The translations under genes were made by a program, and so were the position numbers. The notes below the pieces were generated by a model. The model saw nothing but the letters and a program-made list of their open reading frames with translations, had not been told where the DNA came from and searched no databases. This document shows positions 1-12,795 of a stretch of 64,000 bases of DNA, one piece after another (within the stretch, counting starts at the first letter, position 1; each line of letters opens with the position of its first letter). Origin of the DNA: Mustelus asterias (taxonomy: Eukaryota); the NCBI RefSeq assembly GCF_964213995.1, contig NC_135815.1, positions 11,408,001-11,472,000 of the forward strand. Direction: 5' to 3'.

Positions 1-1629
1 AAAATTTCAGAGTGGTAAAACGTGCAGGGATAACATTCAAACCAATGAAAGTTTGTTACCAAGAAAGATGATTGAAAAACATGCCAAGTTCAAGTTGTAA
101 GGTGACAGTAACCCCCACAATGTTGTGCTTCAGTTAACTTAATGTGGCTTTTGGACACGACTATAGGATAAGATAGTGCTGGAAATGGTTTAAGGGGATG
201 GATAGGCACCTAAACATACTTCACTCCTGTATTTTGTGGGGCTGGTAGAGCACACTTTAGTGAAGAAATACAAGTGTTGTTCAGAAGGTCACTGGATGCA
301 GATCCACTTGACCATGCAAAATTCTTAGAAGCAACTTAAGAAAGAGGGAAGGCTATTTATAGACTGACAATATGCTGTAATAAGCAGAAGACAAGAGTAG
401 ACATGAATTGGTGCAGCAAACTAAAAACCAATGTAGCTGGTATAAATAGATTAAATCTCTGAAGATAGACAAAGTAGACTACTAACAGCAGAATCAACAA
501 ACTGCATGGATGGAGTGACATAGTCAGGAGAAGTGTGGAAAAATATATCAAGGAGCTAGCTTTGGCCAATGGATCAATTTAGGTTCCTGTTTTAGTGGCG
601 GGTCAGGAAAGAGAAGCAGGGGTGGGAAGGAGGTGAGGACGTGCTACCAACTTGAGCAAACCTGACAGTATGGATCTATAGGCAGAGTGTGGCCACTTTG
701 GAGCACAACCTGTTGTTATAATCATTAGGTGCTGAAGGTGGAATGTAACAGAAAGTGAAGATAAAAATGTTAATCAACAAAGAAGAGCAGTGACTGAGAT
801 TGTGAAGGAGGAGTAGCAGGCTAGAAATGCTTGGAAGAACAGAAAATTGATCTTATTTTCTTCAATTTCTTTCTTCATAAAACATTAGAAAATCAGAGAA
901 GATCTTGGGCAAGCAGGCACTTTGCCTGTGCTTCAACCTCAAGCCAGACATGGTACTGTGATCAGAGTTGATAAATGGCATGCACACGGTGGAACTGATG
1001 GTTTTTGTTAGGTACACAGATCAAGAGATGCAAAGAAAGCTGAAATTTGCAAGCAAGCAGCTGAAAACAGAGATAGACGTGTGAGGTGCCTACAATGGAA
1101 ATTAAATGCTCTGGCTTTACAGAAGAATGGATATGAAGATTCTTAATGAGACTGGAATTGAGAAACACAAGGGCTGATACAATGATTAAGAGAGTTGAGG
1201 ATACAGCACAGAAAGCATCAGGGTGCACTGCTAAGCATCACACTAACAATTCAGGGGACAAACTACTGTGCAGTGGTTTGTAGGGGGTTGTGCACTCACA
1301 ATTTCACCAGCTGGACTATTGTGGAGGCTAAAACCACATTGATACTCAGACAACACTGATAGTTGAATGAGGGAGGAAGTGACCGTTTTTCCTGTTGGTG
1401 AGATACATATAGACTTTGTGTTTAACACCAAGCTTTAAATGCATTGTCAATCACAATTCAAGATAGACAACATGTTTTAATTTCATCTTCAAACCCGAAA
1501 GCGGGTTTTCATTTTCCAACTTATAGATAACAAATGAAGATTTAGTGCCTTTGACATGTACCAAAGAACCGAGACCCTAAGAAAGCATCATGCATTATGT
1601 CTATTAATAGCCTTATGTTGACACCAATT

Positions 1630-2510
1630 TTGAATATACAAGTAGGGAAGTTATGCTTCAGTTGAACAGGACATTGGTGAGGCCACATCTAGAGTACTGT
1701 GTACAGTATTGGGTCTCCTTATTTAAGGAAAGATGTAAATACATTTGAAGCAGTTCAGAGAAGGTTTAATAGACTAATACCAGGAATGGGCAGGTTGCCT
1801 TATGAGGAAAGGTCAGGGAGGCTGGACCTGTATCAATTGGAGGTTAGAAGAGTAAGAGGCAGTTTGATTGAAACATACAAGATCCTGAGAGGTCTTGACA
1901 GGATGGATGTGGAGAGATTGTTTCTTCTGGTGGGAGAATCTAGAACGAGGAGTCACTGTTTAAAAATAAGGGGTCGCCCATTAAAGCCAGAGATGAGAAT
2001 TTTTTCTCTCAGAGAGTCATGATTCTTTGGAATTCTCTTCCTCAAAAGGCAAGGAAGCAGAGTCTTTGAATATCTTAAAGACAGAGGTCGATAGATTCTT
2101 GATAAACAAAGGGTGAGAGCTCATCAAGAATAGGGGGGAGATTACAGTGGTTAGCATTGCTGCCTCACAGCGCCAGGGTCACGGGTTCAATTCCCGGCTT
2201 GAGTCACTGTATGTGCAGAGTCTGCAGATTCTCCCCGTGTCTGCGTTGGTTTCCTCCAGATGCTCCGGTTTCCTCCCACAGTCTGGTTCGTGCATTGGCC
2301 ATGCTAAATTCTCCCTCAGTGTACCCGAACAGGTGCTGGAGTGTGGTGACTAGGGGATTTTCACAGTAACTTCATTGCAGCGTTAACGTAAGCCTACTTG
2401 TGACTAATAAATAAACTTTAGCCATGATCTTTTTGAATGGCAGAGCAAGTTTGAAAGGCTGCGTGGCCTATTTCTGGTCCTTAATCATACATATGTTTGT
2501 ATGTATGTTT
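1630..2510 (+). mobile_element. CR1 LINE 3' fragment interrupted by a SINE
   Basis: ORF 1699-2022 (SPYLRKD...VQRRF..LIPGM); the 3' UTR resumes after 2420. Confidence 0.85.
2143..2420 (+). mobile_element. HE1-like V-SINE, tail type B
   Basis: tRNA-like head, V-domain GGTTTCCTCC.G.TGCTCCGGTTTCCTCCCACA, tail ending CTACTTGTGACTAATAAATAAAC. Confidence 0.88.
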
Positions 2511-2971
2511 GTAATCCATGATAAAAAATCATGCACCAAGGGAAATGACAGCACAGACAATCAACATAAAATGAAATACTTCCATTCTCAAAATAGACTG
2601 CTCACAAAAAGTCACAACTGCCAAAGAGGCAACTCTGCACTGCACTGGAATGTTGTGGGAGATTAAATAACAAACACAAGCTGAGCTCAGTGCCTGACAT
2701 TGTCTGAAGCCTGAGATGTGCTGAGAGAGTTGTAACTCACAAGGAGATATCATTACTCTGCTAATTTCCATTTTCCCTTTTAAAAGAAAAATTCTTCACT
2801 GAATCCCCTCCACTTCTGCTGTCATTTGGAACATCATAAAGTAAACCTGGTGCCAGATACAGGATTACATTTTCCACAATGTCATCAGAAAAAGTATTTT
2901 GGTCAAATTGCCAGAGCAGTTCTTAAAAGCATGGTGAAATGCATTCAAGCTTCTATTCAGACTCCGAATAT

Positions 2972-3275
2972 GGCACGGCACAGTGGTTAGCACTGTTGCC
3001 TCATAGCGCCAGGGACCCGGGTTCAATTCCAGCCTCAGGTCATTGTCAGAGTGGAGCTTGCTCTTTCTCCCCCGTGTCTGCGTGGGTTTCCTCTGGGTGC
3101 TCCGGTTTCCTCCCACAGTCCAAAGATGTGCGGGTTAGGTTGATTGGCCATACTAAATTGTCAGAGGGATTAGCAGGGTAAATGTGTGGGGTTACAGGAA
3201 TAGGGCCTGGGTGGGATGTGGTTGGTATAGACTCGATGGGCCAAAAGACCTCCTTCTATACTGTAGGGATTCTAT
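2972..3275 (+). mobile_element. HE1-like V-SINE, CR1-type tail A
   Basis: A/B-box head, V-domain, tail ...CTCGATGGGCC...CTGTAGGGATTCTAT. Confidence 0.9.
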
Positions 3276-3287
3276 ATGTCAGGGCTA

Positions 3288-3480
3288 GCCTTTTGGTTAG
3301 ATCAAGCATAGTAAGATCAAACTCAGGATCAGGTCTAACGCTTGTTCTTGTCAGCTTCGATCTAGTATGTCTCTGTTGCGGGGACAATGAATGGGATTCA
3401 GTTTGAATTTGAATTGTTTTTTGGAGCAAGCAAGAAGATAGTTTAGGGACTTGCCTGTCCACTCTGCGAATTGGTTTGTA
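3288..3480 (+). mobile_element. Repeat with U2 snRNA-derived 5' head (Keno/Tx1-related or SINE), copy 1
   Basis: GCCTTTTGGTTAGATCAAG approximates U2 nt 12-31; the body is shared with the minus-strand copy at 39460-39585. Confidence 0.55.
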
Positions 3481-3874
3481 ACTTTTGAAGGAAATAAATT
3501 GTTTTAAAATCAGAAAAAATTTCAATTCATGCCAACGTGTGGAAGGATCATTTATTTTCACATGGAAATTGCGGCCTTGGCTGCACTGTTGTGAACTGCC
3601 AACCAGAGATCCCACCCACAGGAAGGAAAGAAAAAGAAAAACAAACAAGTCAGATAGCGGAAAAGTCATCCCAGACACTTTGTAAATATGAGCAATGGCA
3701 ACGATGAGGTTAGAGAGAAAGCCAGATACCTTACGATCCCTCTGGCCCACAGTACTCCAGGCCAAGATGGTGGGGCGCAGGGATCGGGGAAAACAGAGTA
3801 GGAGGAGAAGAAATAAATCTAAAACACCTTATTCATTATTTGAAAAACATGCAATATCTTCAAATATCCTATAC

Positions 3875-4016
3875 CTTAAAGTCCTTCAAAGCCTCTTGGA
3901 GACTACCATGATGATAAAGCATCATTCCTCTCAACTGGAGAGACTGAATGTGGTTCTGATTCAATATTAAAGCCTTTTGGAAACTTTCCATAGCTGCTTC
4001 AAAGTCACCCAGCTCT
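3875..4016 (-). CDS. TTC13: TTC13 exon 10 (gene continues beyond the left edge)
   Basis: tgtag|(R)ELGDFEAAMESFQKALILNQNHIQSLQLRGMMLYHHGSLQEALKDFK|gtata, 142 nt. I did not find the next exon in 1-3874. Confidence 0.96.
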
Positions 4017-5175
4017 CTACAGAAAAATGCAAATAGAAAAAAATCTCATAGGCATGGTACTAATAACTGTACAGGTGCAACTTTTAAAAAATATATCCAA
4101 ATTCTCATAAGGACCTGAGACAAGAATTTGCCACTGTAAATAAATATTAGTGTACTTTCTGTACTTCAGACAGACAGACCAGCACTTCTCAATTTCCTTC
4201 TTTTTTTTCCATCTGTTTAACATCTGATTAGTTCATTAATCTTGTGTGCAAAAAGTCATTTGCAAACTCATATCAACGCTGTCAACACTTTCCAAATATT
4301 AAGAAACCCAGAGGAAAAGCCAAGACCCATCATGGAGCACAAGCCTGTGACTGTAAAAAGTTGAGAGAGACATGGTCATTAAGGAAGTAGTGATTAGGCA
4401 AGGTCAAGCCTATGACCTATAAGCCTAGGAGATTGAAGACAGACATACTGAGGGTAAAAAAACTATTCAGTTTTTAGGTTCTAGAAAAGAACAAGATAGA
4501 GTAGCGGATTGTCAATTTTGATCCAAAGCAATGTGATTAACTCTTGACTGTCCTTGAAATGAACTAGCAAGCTACTCAGTTGTCAAAAAGGCTCACCACC
4601 ATCTTCTCAGGTATAAGCAATAAATGCCAAGTTTACCAGTGCCCACATCCATGAATACATAAGAAATAAATGACAGTAGCAGCGATCAATAAAGTGAACT
4701 GGTTAACAAGATGGGTAATTGAAGCATTCATTAGAAAAAAAACAGGAACTGTTATAATGGGAAGATATTAGCGTTAGCATTCTGGAAAATTAGTTCAAAA
4801 GAGCTGATGGGAATGTAGAGTTGAGGTTACAATCAGATCAGTCATGATCTTATTGAATGGTGGAGCAGGCTCGAGCAGCCGAGGTGCCTCCTCCTGCTCC
4901 TAATTTGTATGTTCCTTCGTACGTCCAGCCAAAATTGATCTTCTCCAAAAGGTACAAAAATATAACTCTTGATTTTGTTTAAACAGGAATGTAAAAAACA
5001 TAGAGATACCAAGGGAGAGTCACTGGAGAGTAAAGTAGTCTTTACAATCCTACTTGTGGATCAAAACCAGTGATTTTCAGTTGCTGGTTTGGAGATTATA
5101 TTTATTCTAACTTATTACCAAACAGAATTAATTATAATTTATTACTTCCCTTCCCAGATTCAAAATCAAACCAAC

Positions 5176-5258
5176 CTGTAGGCTTGCCCTAGACTTCTAT
5201 AAGCATCTGTAAAATCTGTTTTGAGTTTAACGGCATCTTTGAAAGCATCAATTGCTTC
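5176..5258 (-). CDS. TTC13: TTC13 exon 9
   Basis: tgtag|EAIDAFKDAVKLKTDFTDAYRSLGQAY+AG|gttgg, 83 nt. Confidence 0.95.
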
Positions 5259-6424
5259 CTACAAGATAAAAGAACAAAAAGACTCTTCAGTTTACCATGT
5301 AATCACATGAAATAAACATAAATCTGCCAATTTTTATCTTTGCAGCATAATTCTTCTCTAAATCATTATTTACATCCATCCAGCAGATCAACACAAACTG
5401 CAAGTGATTTACACTATTCACTAACAGAAGAGGATAGATTTGAAAGTACCTAAGGCAACATTGTGACCCAAATAACTGAGCCTCAACACACTGCAGCATA
5501 AATTGGTAAAGTGCCAGTTTGAGCTGTGATCCTAAATGTCAACTCCCTGTCTCAATCATAGGGATTGCACGGAGCTGAAGGACGGTGTTGGAGAATTGCT
5601 CTAAGAATTGCCTTTAATGTGTCCTCCAGTTACAGTCGGTAGTCTGATTCAATTCTAGGAAAGAAAAGAGCTAATGCTAATTAAACCAGGAAGGGTCCAA
5701 TATAACAACACATGCTGCACCAGGCACTGAAGCTCCATCTTAAGTATACCTATGTGTAATCGCTTTCTTAGTAAAGCCCCATGAAGCTATGGAGTAAACA
5801 AGGAACTTTGCATGTCCAGGTGCTAAATGTTTCATTGCTCAGGGATTATTGAGCTATAATTCTTTTAGTAATTTGTGTAGTCGTTTTATAGAAGCTGTGG
5901 GTGTACTGTGTCGAATTTGTGGAAAATGGCTTCGCAGCAAAATCCTGAATACAGCGACAACAGTTTCAGAAGTTAAAATTGTATAGCTATATAATCCCAG
6001 ATAAAAGCACATCACTGAGCAGTAACAAGTTCTTCCAAGATCGAGAGAGAGGAGATTTCAGTTGACTAGAGGTAGAGAAACCAGCATGGATGGTGAATTG
6101 ACCCAGGAACTGAAATTCAGGAAGAACAGGTAACACCTCGACAGATGGATGTTCATCACTCTTGCATCTCAGAAGGCCAACTCCATTCTCCCAAAGGAAA
6201 ACGAGGCAACCAGTTAATCCACTCCAGCTTATGATGTGGTCACACAGGTTGTGGAGACATTGCTACCTACAAACATATAGATTTTAACTTTAAATAACTG
6301 GTCAGCTGTCAAAAGTGTCTAATCCAAAACTTATTCCTCAACAGTATCTGTAATTCCAGGTTTATCAGACACCTAAAGCAGACAGATCAGGTTTAAAATC
6401 TTTATTCTTGCACAATACACTCAC

Positions 6425-6535
6425 CTTCAGCATACCTCTGTGATAGAAGGTCAGCCCTTTGTATAGCATTGCAATTGGCTGATATTTCTTCATTTCTAAG
6501 GACAGCTGGAAGTCTTCATGTGCTGCTGCATAATC
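6425..6535 (-). CDS. TTC13: TTC13 exon 8
   Basis: tctag|DYAAAHEDFQLSLEMKKYQPIAMLYKGLTFYHRGMLK|gtgag, 111 nt. Confidence 0.96.
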
Positions 6536-7628
6536 CTAGACGATGTAAACATACAAAAGTTAACATACTTAAAACTTTCAAATAAAACCAGTAGAATATT
6601 TTAAAAACTTAACACAGATAACTATTTTTCCAATTCTATTACGCAAATGCATCCAACTTAATATCTTCCTTATAACAAAGTTTACATGTCATTGTGTTTT
6701 GTCACACATTAACAGATCCAAATCAGTCAGGCCTTCAATGAGTACAGGTGCCTATGGTGAAAGAGGGAAGTGAAAAATATCCCGAGGTCCATTTACATTA
6801 AAAAAAACTTAAATTCTTCCAATATCTTAGCTTTGATAAGTGCACTTTCTCACACACCAGGCCCTTATCTTCTCTCCCTTTCCTCAGAATGCTAAGTCAT
6901 TGCTGAGTTACAGTTCCATATTTTCTGGTTGCCCTTCTTTCATGCATCAACCTAAAGAGTGTGTTTGGAGGATATTCCTTCAGAGGAAGACTGAATCTTG
7001 AAGATGTATACCCCTGCACTATTAGTCAAAATTGCTGGATAGCAATCAGGGTGGCATCTCTGGCCAATTTTCCATTCACCAAGGGCACTGTATTAAATTG
7101 TAACACCCCTAGTGCCATTCCAGCTAAGAAAGGATAATTTAGTCTAGACCTGTAATGAATATCGGTGCACCCCTTCTGTGTATGGTTGATCTACCAAAAA
7201 AGGAGGAAAAAGGAGTGTGAAGATAGACTGGAAAAAAAACTCTGCTTCAATCAGCTGATCCATCAAATGGGCTTATCTACATATATGGTAATATTTGAGC
7301 AAATTTGTCTGCCTCAAGAATTTGGCTTTAATGAGTCTTGCTAGCTGTTGTTTATGGTCATAACTTTCTTTGCAGACCTTGAAATTGTAATCAGATTTTA
7401 TCTTTTCAGTTCTTTAAGTGTTTTAGATATTTCAATGAGCTCCCTCTCTGCTAGACTGCAGGGTTTAACATCAGTCATATTTCTGATAGCTAAAATTTTG
7501 CAATGCAACAAATAATATTTATAACATTTCTTAAACTCAGTTTTTATGGTTGGGTAATTAGTTTGTTACCACAATGTAATACAAAAATTGTTGATAATTA
7601 CAGGAAGCATAATCACCTATGTACATAC

Positions 7629-7745
7629 CTCAGATATAAAGTAAAGGGTACCTCTATGTCTGTACAAGCGCGCTGATGGGCGCAACTGAATGGCCCTGCT
7701 AAGATCATTTAACGCCTCACTAATTCGACCAAGTGGGGACAAAAT
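7629..7745 (-). CDS. TTC13: TTC13 exon 7
   Basis: tacag|ILSPLGRISEALNDLSRAIQLRPSARLYRHRGTLYFISE|gtatg, 117 nt. Confidence 0.96.
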
Positions 7746-7875
7746 CTGTAGAGTTAAAACACAGAATCACCATCCAATATCATAATGTGCATGTAAACCC
7801 TCCTAAATGCTATGCATAATAACATTCATGTCATCCGAAATAAATAAGGAGTCACTGAATAAAGACAAATCTTAC

Positions 7876-7968
7876 CTCTGCTCTCTGCTCAAATACCTCA
7901 GGTGCATTTGGTTCTAGGGTTATAACTCTGTTCAGTTCAAAGAGGGCAAGTTCAGCATTTTTAATATC
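7876..7968 (-). CDS. TTC13: TTC13 exon 6
   Basis: tttcag|DIKNAELALFELNRVITLEPNAPEVFEQRAE|gtaag, 93 nt. Confidence 0.96.
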
Positions 7969-8019
7969 CTGAAACATAAATATCACTTTGAAAACCAGTA
8001 CACTCCAGTAAATTCAATA

Positions 8020-8730
8020 AAGATAAATGGTAGGAAGGGGAGATTAAATTTGGTAGGAAAAGGAGATAGGTCACTTATAGCTTGAATGATGCAAATTTTG
8101 ATGGCGAAGAGGCACAAAGTGATTTGTGTATGAATACACCCAATCAAAGTTGTAGCAAGGCCATTACAAAATCAAACCAAATTCAAGGTTTTCTTTCCAG
8201 AGAGATAAAATTGCAAAGTAGGGAAGTTATGTTAAACCAATATCGAACGTTGGTTAGACCACACTTAGTTTGGCCATCTCTGGAGAGGGTGCAAGGAAGA
8301 CTTACAAGGATAGCAGCAGAAATGCATGTGTAGACATATCAGGAAAGAATCAACAGGCTGGGTCACTTTTCCCTTAAAAAAAGGCTGACCATTAAAATTC
8401 AGAAATATTTTGATAGAATGGATATGGAGAAAAAAATGCTTCCTCATGTGGGGAAGAACATAACCAGAAGCCATCAATATAAGATAGCCACCAAGAAATC
8501 CAATAGGGAATTCAGAATAATGTTCTTTCTCCAAAGAGTTAGAAGATGTCGCAGGGTGCGACTAAAGCAAATTGTACTGATGCATTTAAGGGGAAGCAAA
8601 ACAAGCATATGAGAGAGAGGTTACAATAATAGATTTAGAGAAGCAAAGATAGGGGAGGCTGGAGTGCAGCATAAACACCTGCATGGCCAGGTTGGGCTGA
8701 ATGGCCTGTTTCAGTGCCATATATCCCTTA
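8020..8730 (+). mobile_element. Degraded CR1 3' fragment
   Basis: SREVMLNQYRTLVRPHL...LERVQGRLTR remnants plus a CR1-type 3' UTR. Confidence 0.8.
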
Positions 8731-8992
8731 TATGGGTCATTTCCTTTTGGTCCCCCTCCCTTACGCTTACATGAGCATTTGAGGCTAATGTGGTAGATGG
8801 TGGTCAGTTAATAAGAAACAATGATTGGCATAAATAGATTTGTTTATAATTACATTTACAATGCAGATAAACTTATTCCAAAAAAATTCCAAATTTGTAA
8901 TTAAAAATCAAGCTAATGACAAATTCACAGAAATATCACAAGCTTTTGTGGATCACACCTCGGGCTGTAATTCTAACAGGAGAATCACTGAC

Positions 8993-9058
8993 CTGTAAAC
9001 CCTTCTTTCCATATGCTATTCCCCTTCCATAGATGGCACCCACGAGTTCCGGGTTTCC
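8993..9058 (-). CDS. TTC13: TTC13 exon 5
   Basis: tag|GNPELVGAIYGRGIAYGKKGLQ|gtcag, 66 nt. Confidence 0.95.
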
Positions 9059-9504
9059 CTACTCCCAGACATAAGAACAAAGGAAAGGCAAGTAGTAGAA
9101 ATGTAGCTACTTCAAGACAAATTTTCATTGTAAACAGATGCTACACCTCCTACGTCATTACGACCGACGCAAATTGTATTTTACCATCGAATTATATATT
9201 CAAAAGGAATGCATCCTGTCAAAGGTAATTTATTCAATGCCTCTGTCCGAAATTTTCCATCTAATCCATCGGGTCTCAAACAAAGCAAAATGTGTGTGAA
9301 ATGTATATTACATTCAGTACTGGCTCAGTGATAAATATCCAACTATGCAGTCTCCGCATGTTCAGAACATGCTTTTCAGATGACAGGCACTCATTTATTG
9401 AATACAGAAAACATATCACGCACACACACGTGCATAATGAGCATCGGAGTGTACAGCTAAAGCTGTGCGTCAGTTTTGTTGTAATTTTTACAAAATGTAC
9501 ATAC

Positions 9505-9575
9505 TTGCAGCAATGCTGAAAAATGTTTTATTGCTTCATCATACAAGCTGTTTCCAATCAAGGCGTAGCCAAATG
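9505..9575 (-). CDS. TTC13: TTC13 exon 4 (TPR region)
   Basis: ccccag|(A)FGYALIGNSLYDEAIKHFSALLQ|gtatg, 71 nt; phases match the neighbouring exons. Confidence 0.93.
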
Positions 9576-10733
9576 CTGGGGAGAAACAAAAGTGGTTTAA
9601 CATCACCTTTTAAAATAATTCAAAATCTAAGCGATGCTGCAATTTATCTCCAACGAATTCTAAATATTTTTATTTTGTTTCATCTTCTTATAATTTATAA
9701 GCAATTAAGCACAGATGGCATCAAAAGGTCAGTTGAAAGTAAGACCATGAGGGAGATGGATTTAACCCATGGAAATTAAAGATCAGCTTGTTGGTTAATA
9801 ACTGAGTGAGTAACTGTTAAAAGCAGCAACAGTCACTAACAGAAAAATTCAGCAATTTGTTCATTTCAACTGCTATATTTCATGTCTGGAATGACTGAGC
9901 TTAGCACAGGCACTCTGCACCCCAAAGGGGTCATCAACACTCATCATATTCAAAACCAGCAAAGATGCAGCAAAAACAATGTTAAATTTATCAATGGTAT
10001 TGTTGTATCCGTCCAATCTAATGAGATACTGAATGCAATATAAAACAGAAAGCTCCAAGGTACAACCCCTATCCTATGCTGGCCGCTGATCTAGAGCAAC
10101 AACAGGCTCTGGTGCCCAGGTCAAGACAAAGGAAATGCTTCCTGCTCGCCATCTAACAACGACCTAAAAGAATATGGATGCGAGGTGCATCAGGATCATG
10201 TCTGTCCATACTGCCCCTCACAGCCAAACAGTTTGACAAGGTAGGGCTTCACTGTTGAGGTTCACACATAAGAATGGTCTTTTGGGAAACATATCAAAGG
10301 GTGGAATATATTTATGGAATTATCTTTCAGGAGGTTACAATAAAAGAAACTGTTAGGGTACAAAACAATGTTTTTCTTCTAACCATGTCACAGTTTTCCC
10401 ATAATCAACAATTATCTAAATGTTTTACGGATAATCAGCTTCAAATACAGCTACCCAACCACGACACAGTTGATCCCAAATGGGACATTGCTGAAATATA
10501 GCATCCAAGAACTGCTTGCAGTAATTAGGTTTGTGGGATTTACATAACACTTCTCACAAGTGGCAGGTGCTGACGGAAGGCTGTCAGGTCAGAGCTCCTA
10601 TGACCATTATCTCAGTTGGAAATGGGATACAACCTTAAACAGTACAATACTTATCCTGCAGAAAAACTGTGGCTTTTTGTTGATTTGACAATCCAAATTA
10701 AAAATCACTGACAACTCTCAAGTGAATACATAC

Positions 10734-10809
10734 CCAATTCCTCGTTTGTATTTGCATCGACCGTGGAAAAGGGGAACCTCTTTTGTTCTGCTAATACTTT
10801 AGCCTGACT
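10734..10809 (-). CDS. TTC13: TTC13 exon 3
   Basis: tttcag|SQAKVLAEQKRFPFSTVDANTNEEL+G|gtatg, 76 nt. Confidence 0.95.
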
Positions 10810-12007
10810 CTGAAATTGAGAAACGTAATGCACTGGTGCAGAATATGCCATGAAAATACAAAATATGTTGCTTCCATTGTTCAAGAAGTTATCGCTACAC
10901 AGATCACCATCACTAATCCTCAAAGAATGCAGTTCAGATGCTTTGCGTTATGTAACTGATTTTACATGTGTTCACCACCACAAAAAATTCAATATAGTCA
11001 GACTGAAGTCATGAAATCCTGTTGAGCATTCCTTCTGCTTGTCTGAATCAACCTCTGTCCATAATACGAAAAATAATGGTTCTGATTAATTTTCCACAAA
11101 CTCCTGGTCTCTAGTGGTGCTACATTCGCCTGTTGTGAGTTTTAAAAAGTATCAAATGCCTTGTGTTCCTTCCAAGAGGCAATAACTTATGAATCATTTA
11201 GAGAATGAAGTGCCTTTGCTCAGTGGCTCCGCAGTCTTAGTGGTGGGAAAAGGTGAAATAGCAAACTGTCTCATGCACCCCTCAAGAGCAGCACAGCAAG
11301 GCCAGAGGGAGAAGCTCACCAATTTGCTCTGTTAGTTAAATATTTGTGGTTTCGCAGAGGCATTTAATTTCTGCCGTTGCAGGCCATATTAGCAAAGCGA
11401 TCTTCCATTTATTAAAACATGCCCTTTCTGTTCAACTGGAGACTATTAGAATTCTGGCACAATCTCGACACTGCAATATTTGAAAGTCACCACACAAACC
11501 GCATTATCCTCATCCACCCCCTCTGCTACCACATCAAAAATCTCAAGCAACCTTGTGACATCTTGGAGTAAAAAGAACTGTAACAGCAAGGACTTGGGGG
11601 AGTGACAGGAACAGTAGTGATGAATGGTCATTTTTCGACTGGACGAAAGTTTATAATGGAATTCCCCAGAGTTTGCAATAGGACCTCTGCTCTTTTTGAT
11701 ATGCATTCATGACCTAGACTTGGCACACAAGGCACAATTCAAAATTTGCGGGTGACAAGAAAGCATTGCAAATGAAGAATGATAGTGTAGAGCTTCAAAA
11801 GGCCATAGACAAGCTGGTGGAATGCGCAGACAAGTGACAGATGAAATTTGATCCAGAGAAGTGTGAAAGGATTAATTTTGGTAAGAAGAATGGGGAAAGG
11901 CAATATAAATTAAAGGGTACAAATCTAAAAGGGATGCAGGAGCAGAGGGATTTATGCGCCTAATCATTGAAGGCGGAAGGGTAAGTTGAGAGCACAGGTT
12001 AGAAAAG

Positions 12008-12795
12008 CACAGTAAGAAGTTTAACAACACCAGGTTAAAGTCCAACAGGTTTATTTGGTAGCAAAAGCCACACAAGCTTTCGAGGCTCTGAGCCCCTTCT
12101 TCAGGTGAGTGGGAATTCTGTTCACAAACAGAACTTATAAGACACAGACTCAATTTACATGAATAATGGTTGGAATGCGAATACTTACAACTAATCCAGT
12201 CTTTAAGAAACAAAACAATGGGAGTGGAGAGAGCATCAAGACAGGCTAAAAAGATGTGTATTGTCTCCAGACAAGACAGCCAGTGAAACTCTGCAGGTCC
12301 ACGCAACTGTGGGAGTTACAAATAGTGTGACATAAATTCTGATTCTAGGATCGCATGATAAAGACTCAGGAGGAAAAAAGCAGAAATATTTATGTGAAAT
12401 AGTGTGACATAAACCCAATATCCCGGTTGAGGCCGTCCTTGTGTGTGCGGAACCTGGCTATCAGTTTCTGCTCCGCGACTCTGCGCTGTCGTGTGTCGCG
12501 AAGGCCGCCTTGGAGAACGCTTACCCGAATATCAGAGGCCGAATGCCCGTGACCGCTGAAGTGCTCCCCAACAGGAAGAGAACAGTCTTGCCTGGTGATT
12601 GTCGAGCGGTGTTCATTCATCCGTTGTCGCAGCGTCTGCATAGTTTCCCCAATGTACCATGCCTCTCTCCACTCCCATTGTTTTGTTTCTTAAAGACTGG
12701 ATTAGTTGTAAGTATTCGCATTCCAACCATTATTCATGTAAATTGAAGATTATTCCAACCATTATTCATGTAAATTGAAGATTATTCATGTAAAC
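12008..12795 (-). mobile_element. Penelope-like element (GIY-YIG endonuclease C-terminus plus terminal repeat with an inverted segment)
   Basis: AWYIGETMQTLRQRMNEHR...PVGEHF...EQKLIARF...GLN; 84-bp inverted repeat at 12150-12233 / 12663-12746. Confidence 0.9.
12068..12112 (-). ncRNA. Minimal hammerhead ribozyme motif in a Penelope terminal repeat
   Basis: Minus strand CAC-CUGAAGA-A-GGGGCU cag AGCCUC-GAAA-GCUU-GUG: both core boxes, stem II, palindromic stem III. Confidence 0.7.

Noticed and set aside
1-1620. Further TTC13 exon or other coding remnant at the left edge
   Set aside because: I found no match to the expected next exon (RCLQLEPYNEVCQYMKG). The purine-rich sequence may be decayed repeat, but I could not assign it.
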